From a virus: DNA of 64,000 nt. Below, piece after piece: positions 35,479 through 44,920 of the stretch. The stretch lies in IMG/VR virus record IMGVR_UViG_3300027742_000011; one strand, written 5' to 3'. The position numbers and the translations under genes are program-made. Below the pieces are notes generated by a model. The model was not told the DNA's origin and ran no database searches. It worked only from the letters and a program-made list of their open reading frames with translations. How positions within the stretch are numbered: the stretch's first letter is position 1; every line of letters begins with the position of its first letter.

Positions 35479-35918
35479 ATCAATCTTCCTTTAATTGCTA
35501 GGGACGCTTTCTCTAAACTGTCAAAAATGGGTACATTGAATTCAATGCAAGCCGATTCAATTAAAGCCTTTTTCCAAAACCCAGCATCCATACATATATA
35601 TGTGTCTTTATACTTGCAGAGATCAGCTAAATCCAACAACGAAACTGGACTCTCAGTGTCTTCGGAAAAGTGTAATAATACAATATCAGCATCTTGGAGT
35701 GCTTCGTTTACCCACCTAACGCTATTGACAAACGCTTCAGATGTTTCATCTGCGACTTCTTTAATGTTGTCTCCCTTAGGATTAAGTAAAGCGACATCAT
35801 AATCATTAAAGAGCTTAACAAATTCGTCTCTCCAATCTCTTTCTACTGTCAATGACCCACCTAAAAATACAGACTTGACATCAGTCGGATACGGATTTGG
35901 CGCTTTTACTTCCAGCAT
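35475..35918 (-). CDS. Divergent NDT-like paralog
   Basis: MLEVKAP, VFLGGSL, WR, LNPK, SPVSLLDLA. Confidence 0.7.
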   Translation of the reverse strand: MLEVKAPNPYPTDVKSVFLGGSLTVERDWRDEFVKLFNDYDVALLNPKGDNIKEVADETSEAFVNSVRWVNEALQDADIVLLHFSEDTESPVSLLDLADLCKYKDTYICMDAGFWKKALIESACIEFNVPIFDSLEKASLAIKGRLI

Positions 35919-36102
35919 CTTTTTTATTCCTCAATATTTCTGCGCTTGCATTCCATAAACCTGCGCACTCATTACATAATTTCATCTCAATTGGTCCTTC
36001 GGCTGTGTCGAGTTTAAGTATAGCATCCTCGGACTTTTTCAATCGCTTATCACAACCACCGCATTTGGGTTGGCGACCTAATCCTAGCTTTTTACTTATC
36101 AT
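35881..36102 (-). CDS. Small Zn-finger-like protein
   Basis: CGGC...CNEC. Confidence 0.6.
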   Translation of the reverse strand: MISKKLGLGRQPKCGGCDKRLKKSEDAILKLDTAEGPIEMKLCNECAGLWNASAEILRNKKDAGSKSAKSVSD

Positions 36103-36316
36103 AAATTTTAACCGAAACCAACTCGACCTCTACAATAATATATTCATCTATATCTGATTGGTTCGCTGCATTCACCGCAGCGCTTTTTTGAGTAAACACT
36201 CTAGCATTATGTTTATCCGGCCCCCAAACCGTCCTAGACTCATACATATTACCAGTATTTCGACGGTGATACATGTACTGGCTCATGTCACTGTTTACTG
36301 CAATAAAATGACTCAT
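36092..36316 (-). CDS. Hypothetical protein
   Basis: ARVFTQKSAAVN motif shared with neighbour. Confidence 0.6.
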   Translation of the reverse strand: MSHFIAVNSDMSQYMYHRRNTGNMYESRTVWGPDKHNARVFTQKSAAVNAANQSDIDEYIIVEVELVSVKIYDK

Positions 36317-36522
36317 ACTAATTCAACTTTCAATATTGCTTCAACAATTTCAACGTCTGTTCCATTTTCTCGTTGTCTGTGCCCTTCGAAGTTGTAATTA
36401 TATGAATTTACAGCAGCAGATTTTGTATTATATACTCTAGCCTTTTGAAGATCCTCAGTCCATTCAAAATACCCGCCAGCAGCTTTCACATAACCTTTCG
36501 GCCCACTAATTAAATATTTCAT
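36313..36522 (-). CDS. Hypothetical protein
   Basis: ARVYNTKSAAVN motif. Confidence 0.6.
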   Translation of the reverse strand: MKYLISGPKGYVKAAGGYFEWTEDLQKARVYNTKSAAVNSYNYNFEGHRQRENGTDVEIVEAILKVELV

Positions 36523-37463
36523 TGAAACTCTCCTTCTACCATGATTTCAGTCAAGCAGCAGACAAAATTGATTTCGGTATCTGCTGCAAAGGCATGTTGA
36601 TATTGATACTTACCAATAATCAAAACAATATATGGAATAGTTTCTTTTGTAAAGAATTGAGAGGCCTGGTCATAAATTTTGCGATACAGAACGTCTGCGT
36701 CATTATCAACGTTTTGACCTGCCCATTTGCGAACTCCAGTGAAATTCTTATCTTTAAGAAGTTTCATCAGATCTTTAAGATTTGCTTCTTGGAAATTTGC
36801 CAGAATACCTGAGTCAATCTTACCAGTTGCAGCATATCTTTGCAAGTCATTAAGAGTCTTTCTCCAATCAGGATAATGTTTCTTAATGACTTCAGCGATC
36901 ACGGGCTTTTCAAATTCTACATTTTCCTTCTCAAGAATGATAGAAACTCTATTTAAGAACTCCATTGCCAGTTTACTAGCATCAGCTTTCTTAATGTTGA
37001 ATTTGATCAGTGAACATCTCGACTTCAATGGGTCGATAATTCTATTTTCGTAGTTGCACGTTAAAATGAACCCGCAATTCTTAGAAAATTCTTCCATAAA
37101 ATTACGAAGCGCTGGCTGGGTTGAGTTTGGGTTTAGATAATCAGCCTCATCGAGTATGACATATTTGCGACCACCAGAAAGAGATACTGAGCTAGCAAAC
37201 TGTTGGATATCATTTCTTAGTGTGTCGATATTTCCCTTCATCGAACCATTGATAACGATATAATCGCATCCTAATTGTTCTAGCATCGCCCGAGCAATTG
37301 TGGTTTTACCTACGCCAGCTCCACCCGAAAGAATAAGATTAGGAATACTTTCTTGGTTTACGAACGTCTGAAAGGTTTCTTTTAAATCTGTAGGTAGGAT
37401 AGTTTCCTCTACAGTCTTTGGTCTATACTTTTCAACCCATAGTGGGTTATCATCATTAATCAT
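36519..37463 (-). CDS. gp44: Clamp loader large subunit gp44
   Basis: WVEKYRP, GGAGVGKTT, ILDEAD, LKSRC. Confidence 0.95.
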   Translation of the reverse strand: MINDDNPLWVEKYRPKTVEETILPTDLKETFQTFVNQESIPNLILSGGAGVGKTTIARAMLEQLGCDYIVINGSMKGNIDTLRNDIQQFASSVSLSGGRKYVILDEADYLNPNSTQPALRNFMEEFSKNCGFILTCNYENRIIDPLKSRCSLIKFNIKKADASKLAMEFLNRVSIILEKENVEFEKPVIAEVIKKHYPDWRKTLNDLQRYAATGKIDSGILANFQEANLKDLMKLLKDKNFTGVRKWAGQNVDNDADVLYRKIYDQASQFFTKETIPYIVLIIGKYQYQHAFAADTEINFVCCLTEIMVEGEFQ

Positions 37464-37659
37464 TCATCACCTCAATCACATTATGCATTTGGAACAATTT
37501 CCAAAATCCACGATTCATATTTCCACCGTCAGACCTTTTAACTATATATCCCATAAAAACGTTATTTCTGCACGAAGAATAAACTTTTTCACAAGAATAT
37601 TCAAATACACCAAATGGGGTGATGCTATATGCAACATCACCCTTAATCACAATTTTCAT
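37456..37659 (-). CDS. Hypothetical protein
   Basis: 67-aa ORF. Confidence 0.5.
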   Translation of the reverse strand: MKIVIKGDVAYSITPFGVFEYSCEKVYSSCRNNVFMGYIVKRSDGGNMNRGFWKLFQMHNVIEVMND

Positions 37660-37675
37660 AATATACTACCTTCAA

Positions 37676-38341
37676 TCAGCTTCCGTACGAAGAAGATGCC
37701 TCGACCGCGATATAATATTCTACAAGTGGTCCTTTAAAGTGTGAAAGACCTTTTGATGAGATTTCGACTTCATAATCACCTGGCAAGACTTTTAAGTGTT
37801 CCGCTTTAATAATCATTTGGAACTTGTCAGATGTTTCTGACTTACCAACCGCAACACTATATCTGTCGGCAGATGGGTTTTTACTATCGATAGCATCAAG
37901 AGTAATATTTTCTCCGTCGCCGACGATGGCCATTTCTGGTAGGCTTAGAACGTTCAATGCTTTCATAAAATCATTAAGCACTTCAGCTTCAAGCTTGAAA
38001 GAGATTTCCGGTGCTGGAAATTTAATGTCCTTTTGTGGAGGAACAATAATCGTATTTGGATCTGCGAAGGTGTAATTGATCCTGCGACGACCTTCCTTAA
38101 GTGTAAGGTTCTTGTCTCCAATCTCCACATCTGCATTTTCGAAGAGTGAAAGAGTAGACAAGAACCTTGATAAATCGTAAATTGCAAAGCTTGATGCAAT
38201 ATTGTGTTCAATAGTCGCTTTTGCCAAAATGGTTTTATTGGCTGAGATTGTTGAAAGGGTATTACCAGCTTGGAACATGATTCCATGGTTAATGCCCGAA
38301 TAGTTTTTCAAAATCTGTAGTGTTACATCATCAAATTTCAT
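37676..38341 (-). CDS. gp45: Sliding clamp gp45
   Basis: MKFDDVTLQILKNYSGIN...FAIYDLSRFLS...YYIAVE; ATGA-coupled start. Confidence 0.93.
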   Translation of the reverse strand: MKFDDVTLQILKNYSGINHGIMFQAGNTLSTISANKTILAKATIEHNIASSFAIYDLSRFLSTLSLFENADVEIGDKNLTLKEGRRRINYTFADPNTIIVPPQKDIKFPAPEISFKLEAEVLNDFMKALNVLSLPEMAIVGDGENITLDAIDSKNPSADRYSVAVGKSETSDKFQMIIKAEHLKVLPGDYEVEISSKGLSHFKGPLVEYYIAVEASSSYGS

Positions 38342-39765
38342 AATATTTTCCATTTCGTAGTTCCACAATTCCAATAACGTCTATATCCGTTATTGAACAT
38401 ATTTTGTGCTTCAGTTAATTCATTATTAAAGTGATCTAATAATTTATGTTGTTTATGTTTCTGGGCGGCAAGTCTATTTATCGTACCAATATCCTTTCTC
38501 CAATAATAATAACTTGGTGAGTTTACATGTTCTTCGCTAAAGCCACATTGAAGATATGATTTGCCATCAAACTTATCATTATCGGAATATGATATAAGAT
38601 TATCTGAATATGTCCTTAAAAAATGCTTTATCAATTTAGAGGTTCCTCCGACAACTGACGTATCCAATTTATGACACATTCTTATAAGTTCATATGTTTT
38701 ATCTTTTGTATATCTACTTATGCCAAATGTTGCAACAGACACAAGATTATTTTTATAAAAAAGACCAATTTTTATAGAGGAATTTGTATATCCTTTAAGG
38801 TGATTTTCATTAATAAATCCTCTAGCAATATTTGTGTCTAATTTTTTAATATCTGTATTTCGACCATATATTCTGATGTTTGATAATCCTAATCTACTTT
38901 TAATGATAGATTTTATAATATCTTGTTTTTCGTACCATTCATAGTCGGTAAAACTCAAAAACTTTAAACCCACATCTCTACATTTTTTATATTTTGTAAA
39001 GTGTTTGTTTTTTTCGTCTTGATCTTCTCTATAATTATATGAGTGCCAATAAATTCCATTAACTTCTATTGCCAAATCATTTACTAAAATGTCTATCTCT
39101 AAAGGAGGTATGCGAGTCCTATCATTCTGTTTAGTTTCAAGTCCTAATGATTCTACATAATCATTTACTTCTCTTTGGGGAGTTGATACATCATGTGAAG
39201 GAAATTCTAAATCAAATTCATTTATTCTTTGACACAAGAATGAATAACTTATTCCATATTCAGAGCAAATATCATATAACCTAGGTTTCTTTAATAATAA
39301 TTCTTCTACAAATGACTTATCACGAAAAAACTGTGTATTGTTATCGCGCTGCATTGGGTGGCCACCATTTGAATTCCAAGTATCTATTCTTTTTTGTATA
39401 GAAACACTAGACTTTGACGGGTGATCTACACCATATTTTTCCATGCAAGTCGATTTAATTTTTTCTTGAACGTTATTATCTAAAAATACATTTTTTACAC
39501 CATACTTTTTATATGATGTATTTTCTCTAGATTTTTCCATACAAGATCTATCACCACACGTCTTTAAATACCCTTTAATGAATGATTTAAAAATTTTTGG
39601 CTTTTCACAAAAACATTTCTGTATATCAAAATTGTTATGATAACAATAAGCAGCTTCTACAATGTTTTCTGTATTATATTTAGATGATAGTTTTTCTGTA
39701 AGTTTACTATCTTTTAATATAGCAGACTTTCTTATTGAACCATCACCTAAAATGGGAAGTTTCAT
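38338..39765 (-). CDS. Hef-like homing endonuclease (PD-(D/E)XK core plus C-terminal domain)
   Basis: KKYGVKN repeats, EIDILV..LAIEVNGIYWHS, NGYRRYWNCG. Confidence 0.8.
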   Translation of the reverse strand: MKLPILGDGSIRKSAILKDSKLTEKLSSKYNTENIVEAAYCYHNNFDIQKCFCEKPKIFKSFIKGYLKTCGDRSCMEKSRENTSYKKYGVKNVFLDNNVQEKIKSTCMEKYGVDHPSKSSVSIQKRIDTWNSNGGHPMQRDNNTQFFRDKSFVEELLLKKPRLYDICSEYGISYSFLCQRINEFDLEFPSHDVSTPQREVNDYVESLGLETKQNDRTRIPPLEIDILVNDLAIEVNGIYWHSYNYREDQDEKNKHFTKYKKCRDVGLKFLSFTDYEWYEKQDIIKSIIKSRLGLSNIRIYGRNTDIKKLDTNIARGFINENHLKGYTNSSIKIGLFYKNNLVSVATFGISRYTKDKTYELIRMCHKLDTSVVGGTSKLIKHFLRTYSDNLISYSDNDKFDGKSYLQCGFSEEHVNSPSYYYWRKDIGTINRLAAQKHKQHKLLDHFNNELTEAQNMFNNGYRRYWNCGTTKWKIL

Positions 39766-40873
39766 TTTTTCTTCTTCATGGTATTCATATCAACGGTTGC
39801 CGCTTGACCAATAGACGCTAAGTCCTTTAAGCTACCACCAAAGATATACATTCCAACGTGTTGTAGTTCCATCCAAGGGCAGAGCCACACTTTCATTCCT
39901 GCTTTACGTGTCCATTGGCAAAACATATAATCTTCACTTAAGTATCTATTCGAATCTTCACAAATCGGAGTATCAAAATACGCCATAATTTGTCTAGAAC
40001 CGTCAAAATGTTCTGTTCGCACGTGATCTGGCTTATAAAGTTGTTGTGGATATGCTTCTGCAAACTTTACAAAAGTATTTTTCCTAATCATCATAAACCC
40101 TGTTCCAGACTCTAGAACCTCTACTGGCTCGTCAATTCTGATCGTCTGTTTGCCGCCGGCTGGATTAAAGACATAATCACCTACAAACTTATCAAGAGTA
40201 TTTGGATCTTCATCCGCAACACCTTTATCTACAGCAGCCTTAATCTTTTCCCAAGAAATGCTTTTCTTAGGATATGGACCACAGATAACGTCATATTCAT
40301 CGTTGTCTGGGTTTTGATCTTGTAATGCTAATAGTGCAATTACGTCATTAGCATTAAAACCAATATCCGAATCGATAAACATCATATGAGTGCAGTCTGA
40401 TCTTATAAATTCATCCGCACAATAATTTCTAGCTCTAGTGATTAAACTTTCATTAAATAGAAAGTAGTGTTTAAGCTCAATTCCGTAGTGAGTGCAAAGT
40501 GTTGATAAATCTGCAATTGATCTAGTATACATTCCAGCACATTGTCCCAAAATATTCGTATTAATTCGCAAAATTAATACCGCATCAAATGCTGCTTTAT
40601 ATCACTATAAAGATTAGACTATATCTTCATCCTCTTTAAGAGGAGCTGGGCGCTTCGGAAAACATAAGCTTTTTTCCTACTCCTTTCGGATAGTCGTTGA
40701 ACCTTCTCTTTCGAGCTTGGCTGCTGATAATCTCTTTGAGACGTCCCAGCAATTCACCCAGTTATCATTTCTAAATTACTTTAGAATGAGGCAGATTTAC
40801 CATACATAGGGGTCGCAACCATCAATTTTCGTGTTTTTAGTGTTTCAATTGGTACATTAATGTTTACTGCCAT
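39762..40873 (-). CDS. GT-A-like glycosyltransferase, spliced (exon 1 40799-40873, exon 2 39762-40547; 286 aa)
   Basis: Joined reading VATPMYG|GQCAGMY; FIDSD (DxD), ESGTGFMMI, YLSEDY. Confidence 0.85.
40548..40798 (-). mobile_element. ORF-less group I intron, 251 nt
   Basis: Exon ends in U and intron ends in G; P AATTGCTGGGAC, Q TATCAGCAGCC, R GTTCAACGACTA, S AAGATATAGTCT; P7 GACTA/TAGTC; GNRA-capped P6, P8, P9. Confidence 0.92.
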
Positions 40874-40875
40874 AT

Positions 40876-41505
40876 TTATTTTCCTTTTCTGTTTTTACTA
40901 ATTAACATTTTTGTTTTGTTAGTATGTTTTTTCCCATAAAACGGATTATTTTTACCTGATTTATCGTAATTTCCGAATTTTGAATCCTTTGGTATTATTC
41001 TACCTTTATTCCAAGTTGAATATTTTTCATCAAAAACTTCTTTTGTAACTCTTTTATTTTTTAAGCCATCATTTATCCAAATTTTGTTTTTGTGATTACC
41101 ATCCGCCGAAAGAAAAGCTTCCAAGTGTTTTTTTCTATTTTCTTTACATAAAAATTGATTAGTTGCACTTTCTCTTAATTTTTCTTTTAGAGCATCATCC
41201 ATTATTATAGCAAAACCGCCAACAGATTTATTTAACCAAAAATCCCAATTGCCAGAATTATATAATTCTTTAAGATAATGGTGTTCATATTTAATGGCAT
41301 TCGTTATATTCTCAAATCTTTCATCTATAATAATCATGTCTGGCTCACCATTTTTATCTCTAAAATAATGAACATATTTAGATGATGTGAAATATTTTAT
41401 CCACAGATCATCTTCTGGTGCACATTCATTAGCATATCGAACACCATAATAATAAACATTAAATTTTGACCAGCCTATTATATATGTATACGCTTCGTTA
41501 TTCAT
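40876..41505 (-). CDS. Free-standing GIY-YIG (Seg-like) homing endonuclease with NUMOD3
   Basis: AYTYIIG...YYYGVR, YFTSS, GKNNPFYGKKHT. Confidence 0.82.
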   Translation of the reverse strand: MNNEAYTYIIGWSKFNVYYYGVRYANECAPEDDLWIKYFTSSKYVHYFRDKNGEPDMIIIDERFENITNAIKYEHHYLKELYNSGNWDFWLNKSVGGFAIIMDDALKEKLRESATNQFLCKENRKKHLEAFLSADGNHKNKIWINDGLKNKRVTKEVFDEKYSTWNKGRIIPKDSKFGNYDKSGKNNPFYGKKHTNKTKMLISKNRKGK

Positions 41506-41522
41506 TTTTATACTCCCATGTA

Positions 41523-41530
41523 TATTTATA
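41523..41530 (-). promoter_or_regulatory. T4-type late promoter of the GIY-YIG gene
   Basis: Exact TATAAATA. Confidence 0.75.
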
Positions 41531-41547
41531 CATAGAAGTATTTAAAG

Positions 41548-41619
41548 CTACATTGGGGTCGCAACCATCAATTTTCGTGTTTTTAGTGTTTCAATTGGTA
41601 CATTAATATTTACTGCCAT
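41548..41619 (-). pseudogene. Truncated copy of glycosyltransferase exon 1
   Basis: MAVNINVPIETLKTRKLMVATPM*; 41550-41619 matches 40804-40873 with 2 mismatches in 70 bp. Confidence 0.88.
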
Positions 41620-41669
41620 TTATAGTATTCCTTTATTATATATAGTATATTACTGGAGATTAGTTAATC

Positions 41670-43277
41670 ATGAAGAATTTTATTCAAGAAAATTGTATGA
41701 CAAAGACTGGCAGAATTGGTTTCAATAACAGATGCCATAATAGTATTTGGTGGGAAAATAAGAATTTTCATAATCAACTCAATAAAATTGTATCTCTGAC
41801 ATCATTTTTGAAAGATGCGTCTTCAACAGTGCCACAAAGATGTTGGCATATTCTCAATGATATTTATATAACTCCTACATGTAAGAATAATAAATGTAAT
41901 GAAAATACAAATTTTAAATCTTTCTCTAAAGGTTATTATAACTATTGTAGTAAGAAATGTTCTTCACAATGTGAAGAACGCAATAAAAAAATAGTTAATA
42001 ATACTAATCATGCAGAGATGGTTAAAAATCTTAAGAGGTCAAATTTAGAAAGATATGATGTAGAATATAGTTTTCAGAGAAAAGACGTAAAGAATAAATC
42101 AAAAAAGACTAAACTTAAAAAATATGGTGATAGTAATTATTGTAATTTTGAAAAGGCAAAGAAAACTAACATTAAAAAATATGGCTCTGAGTTTTATTTT
42201 TCATCAGATATCGGTAAAGGTGTGTTAGAAAAGATGCGAATTCAAAATAATGGTTCTTTAAAATTAGATAAGGCTACAAACACCCTTTTAAATGATATTA
42301 ATTATCTTAAAGAAATGAATAAGAATTTAAATATTGATGAGATAGCTGATGAACTAAACGTGACTAGAACAGGTCTCAAAAATATTTTAGTAAAAAATGA
42401 TATAGAATTAAAGAAACATAAAAGAAAAACTAAGCTACATACTCAGGAAGAAATTTATGATTACTGTAAACATCTTACTGATAAAGTTGTGTGGAATGAT
42501 AGGAAAGCAATTAATCCAAAAGAATTAGACATCTATTTCCCAGATCATAGCGTTGCTATAGAATTAAATGGTTTATATTGGCATTCATATAATTATATAG
42601 AAAATTCTGAAGAGAAGATGAAACATTATGCAAAATATCAAGAGTGTAAAGACAAAGGAATTAGATTAATACAATTAACAGACCGTGACTGGTCGAATAA
42701 GAAAGATATATGCAAAGGAATAATTGCTAATTCGGTTGGAGTATGTAGTGAAAAAATTAGAGCCTCTAAATGTGTAATTCGAAAAATGAATACAAAGGAA
42801 GCTAAGGAATTTCTAAATGATAATCATATACAAGGGTATTCAGCATCATCAATAAAACTGGGTCTTTATTATAAAGAAACCTTAGTTTATATCATGACAT
42901 TTTCTAAACCAAGATTCAGTGTTAAATATGATTATGAGCTCATTAGATGTTGTTCTAAATTAAACACAAAAGTATATGGTGCAGCATCTAAGATATTAAA
43001 ATATTTCAATAAAAATTCTATCATTAGTTATTGTGATATATCAAAATTTGAAGGTAAATTATATGAGAGTCTTGGTTTTGAATATAGTCACGCATCTAAA
43101 CCAAATTATTTCTACTTTAAGAAAGATGTAATTATTCCAAGATATAAGGCTCAAAAAGCCAACCTTCATAAAATTCTTGATGTTTTCGATTCAAATAAAA
43201 CAGAAGCTGAAAACATGTTCATTAACAATTATAGAAGATATTGGGATTGTGGGAACAGTGTGTTTATTCTGGAATAG
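41670..43277 (+). CDS. Hef-like homing endonuclease, antisense
   Basis: ELDIYFPD..AIELNGLYWHS, NNYRRYWDCG. Confidence 0.8.
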   Translation: MKNFIQENCMTKTGRIGFNNRCHNSIWWENKNFHNQLNKIVSLTSFLKDASSTVPQRCWHILNDIYITPTCKNNKCNENTNFKSFSKGYYNYCSKKCSSQCEERNKKIVNNTNHAEMVKNLKRSNLERYDVEYSFQRKDVKNKSKKTKLKKYGDSNYCNFEKAKKTNIKKYGSEFYFSSDIGKGVLEKMRIQNNGSLKLDKATNTLLNDINYLKEMNKNLNIDEIADELNVTRTGLKNILVKNDIELKKHKRKTKLHTQEEIYDYCKHLTDKVVWNDRKAINPKELDIYFPDHSVAIELNGLYWHSYNYIENSEEKMKHYAKYQECKDKGIRLIQLTDRDWSNKKDICKGIIANSVGVCSEKIRASKCVIRKMNTKEAKEFLNDNHIQGYSASSIKLGLYYKETLVYIMTFSKPRFSVKYDYELIRCCSKLNTKVYGAASKILKYFNKNSIISYCDISKFEGKLYESLGFEYSHASKPNYFYFKKDVIIPRYKAQKANLHKILDVFDSNKTEAENMFINNYRRYWDCGNSVFILE

Positions 43278-43440
43278 TAATAATCTGCGATTCACTGCTT
43301 GTCGGAATAAACACAATGGAGTCATTCTCTGTCAAAAACCCATCTTTAAGCAGCTTGTTTTTAATTTTGCGCGACGTACTCACAAAATCTTTATCTAGCG
43401 GATTATTATTCTCGCTATTTAGACGATATACTAGTTTCAT
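43264..43440 (-). CDS. Small hypothetical protein (58 aa)
   Basis: Manual translation MKLVYRLNSENNNPLDK...ITIPE*. Confidence 0.45.
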   Translation of the reverse strand: MKLVYRLNSENNNPLDKDFVSTSRKIKNKLLKDGFLTENDSIVFIPTSSESQIITIPE

Positions 43441-43708
43441 TTTTATTATCCTTAGTTTGTTGTATTAATCTCTTCGCAAAGAATTCAATTTTCTCTGCGT
43501 CATAGAGATATGAATTTCCAGGCTTACCATTTCCTTGGCGAGCTGCGGTCATTCTCCACACAGCTTTAAGAATGTTTCCCTCAGCAAAAGACATGCCGAG
43601 CGCTTCGATAATATCGTTACACTCGGCATCATATTCTTCTCCTAATGTAGTAGGATGTTTAACGTGAACTCGATAATAATCGTTTGATCCGCCAGACAAT
43701 CTCTTCAT
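43415..43708 (-). CDS. DUF3310-like protein
   Basis: SNDYY...ECNDIIEALGMSFAEGNILKAVWR...YDAEK. Confidence 0.65.
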   Translation of the reverse strand: MKRLSGGSNDYYRVHVKHPTTLGEEYDAECNDIIEALGMSFAEGNILKAVWRMTAARQGNGKPGNSYLYDAEKIEFFAKRLIQQTKDNKNETSISSK

Positions 43709-44920
43709 TCAAAAAAACCCCATAACTGAACTTTCATTTCTATTGATTTCTTCCAGAACTTCTCTCGAATTGTTGTTCTGGAGTAGATATTTAGCCTCGA
43801 CCCAGTTTCTGTTTCCCTGTAAAGATTCTTTAATTTCAGTCGCCATATCCATAGCAGTTTTTACTGGAACATTTTGGCATATGTGGTTGATTGATTTTCG
43901 AGGGCTTAACAGTTCAAAGTCTGCAGGCATTCCCATAATAGTCATCGCTTCTCTAAAAGTAATGTAGCGATCTTCGACTGGATGGGTTAAGCGCTTCGGG
44001 TAAAGACCTACAAAAGCACCGATATGATCTTTTGGAATGATCACACCTCGCCTCATAATATCTTTTCCACTCTGCAACTTATTGTATTTATACACACATT
44101 CATCATATTCTTTAGAAAAGTTATGTTTTTTCATCCATTCTGCTACATCCATATAAGAATATCCCATCTTCTCGATGTAAGCGAAAGTGTCATTTTCACG
44201 AACAGATTTGGCAGGCTCTACTAGTTTAGAATGTTCTGTATGTGATCTTCCATTGTGGATTACTTCTAATATAAACCGATAATATGGATTAACTGATGGT
44301 GCTTTGCGGTTAATAGGCTCTTGTTGAGAATTAATGCTGGCTGCAGATTTGATTTCCTCTTCAATTGTAGTTCTAGGTCTAGAATAATAATTGAAGATCG
44401 GAACCTTATTCCCTTTCCAAAAGAAATAGAACGATCTTTCTCTAACTTGAGATATACCATGCAGTAGACTTTTGGTTCTATAAGCGGACATCGAATATCC
44501 GAACTCATCGGCAATATCAATCATCTCTTCTCTAAATGTCTTGCCGATTTTACCAACAAATCCTGGTGCATTTTCAGAAAAGAAAACTTTTGGTTTAATT
44601 TTTTCTAAAACAAATTTTGTTGTTTTTATCATCCAATCGTTATTAACGTTAGAATCGCCATATTTATTGCTTAATTGAGATAAACCCGCGCACGGACAAA
44701 TACTACCAACAATATCTACATTATAGTTTATACACGGTATACCATCATCTAAATTGTAATATGGAATATTATTATTATAGTAGTTTAATAAATGGCTATC
44801 ATTCTCTTTAAATGCACTATAACTCAAAATATATTTAGGTTTTTGGTTTAAAACTTTACCTATAGCTATGTCTAATCCGCCTATTAAGGGAACAATAGAA
44901 GCGTATGTTATATTTGTCAT
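43709..44920 (-). CDS. C5-cytosine methyltransferase-fold protein with atypical SAM motifs
   Basis: CPCAGLS (IV), ENAP (VI), QVRERS (VIII), ITFREA (IX); motif I reads IVPLIGG and motif X reads CQNVP. Confidence 0.8.
   Translation of the reverse strand: MTNITYASIVPLIGGLDIAIGKVLNQKPKYILSYSAFKENDSHLLNYYNNNIPYYNLDDGIPCINYNVDIVGSICPCAGLSQLSNKYGDSNVNNDWMIKTTKFVLEKIKPKVFFSENAPGFVGKIGKTFREEMIDIADEFGYSMSAYRTKSLLHGISQVRERSFYFFWKGNKVPIFNYYSRPRTTIEEEIKSAASINSQQEPINRKAPSVNPYYRFILEVIHNGRSHTEHSKLVEPAKSVRENDTFAYIEKMGYSYMDVAEWMKKHNFSKEYDECVYKYNKLQSGKDIMRRGVIIPKDHIGAFVGLYPKRLTHPVEDRYITFREAMTIMGMPADFELLSPRKSINHICQNVPVKTAMDMATEIKESLQGNRNWVEAKYLLQNNNSREVLEEINRNESSVMGFF

Noticed and set aside
39762-40571. Track ORF starting MRINTNIL (TTG)
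   Set aside because: The first eight codons are intron sequence; the real start is 40873 on exon 1.
41548-41550. TAG in the duplicated exon as evidence of stop-codon reassignment
   Set aside because: Sequence after the TAG does not continue the gene, and other genes end normally at TAG, TGA and TAA.
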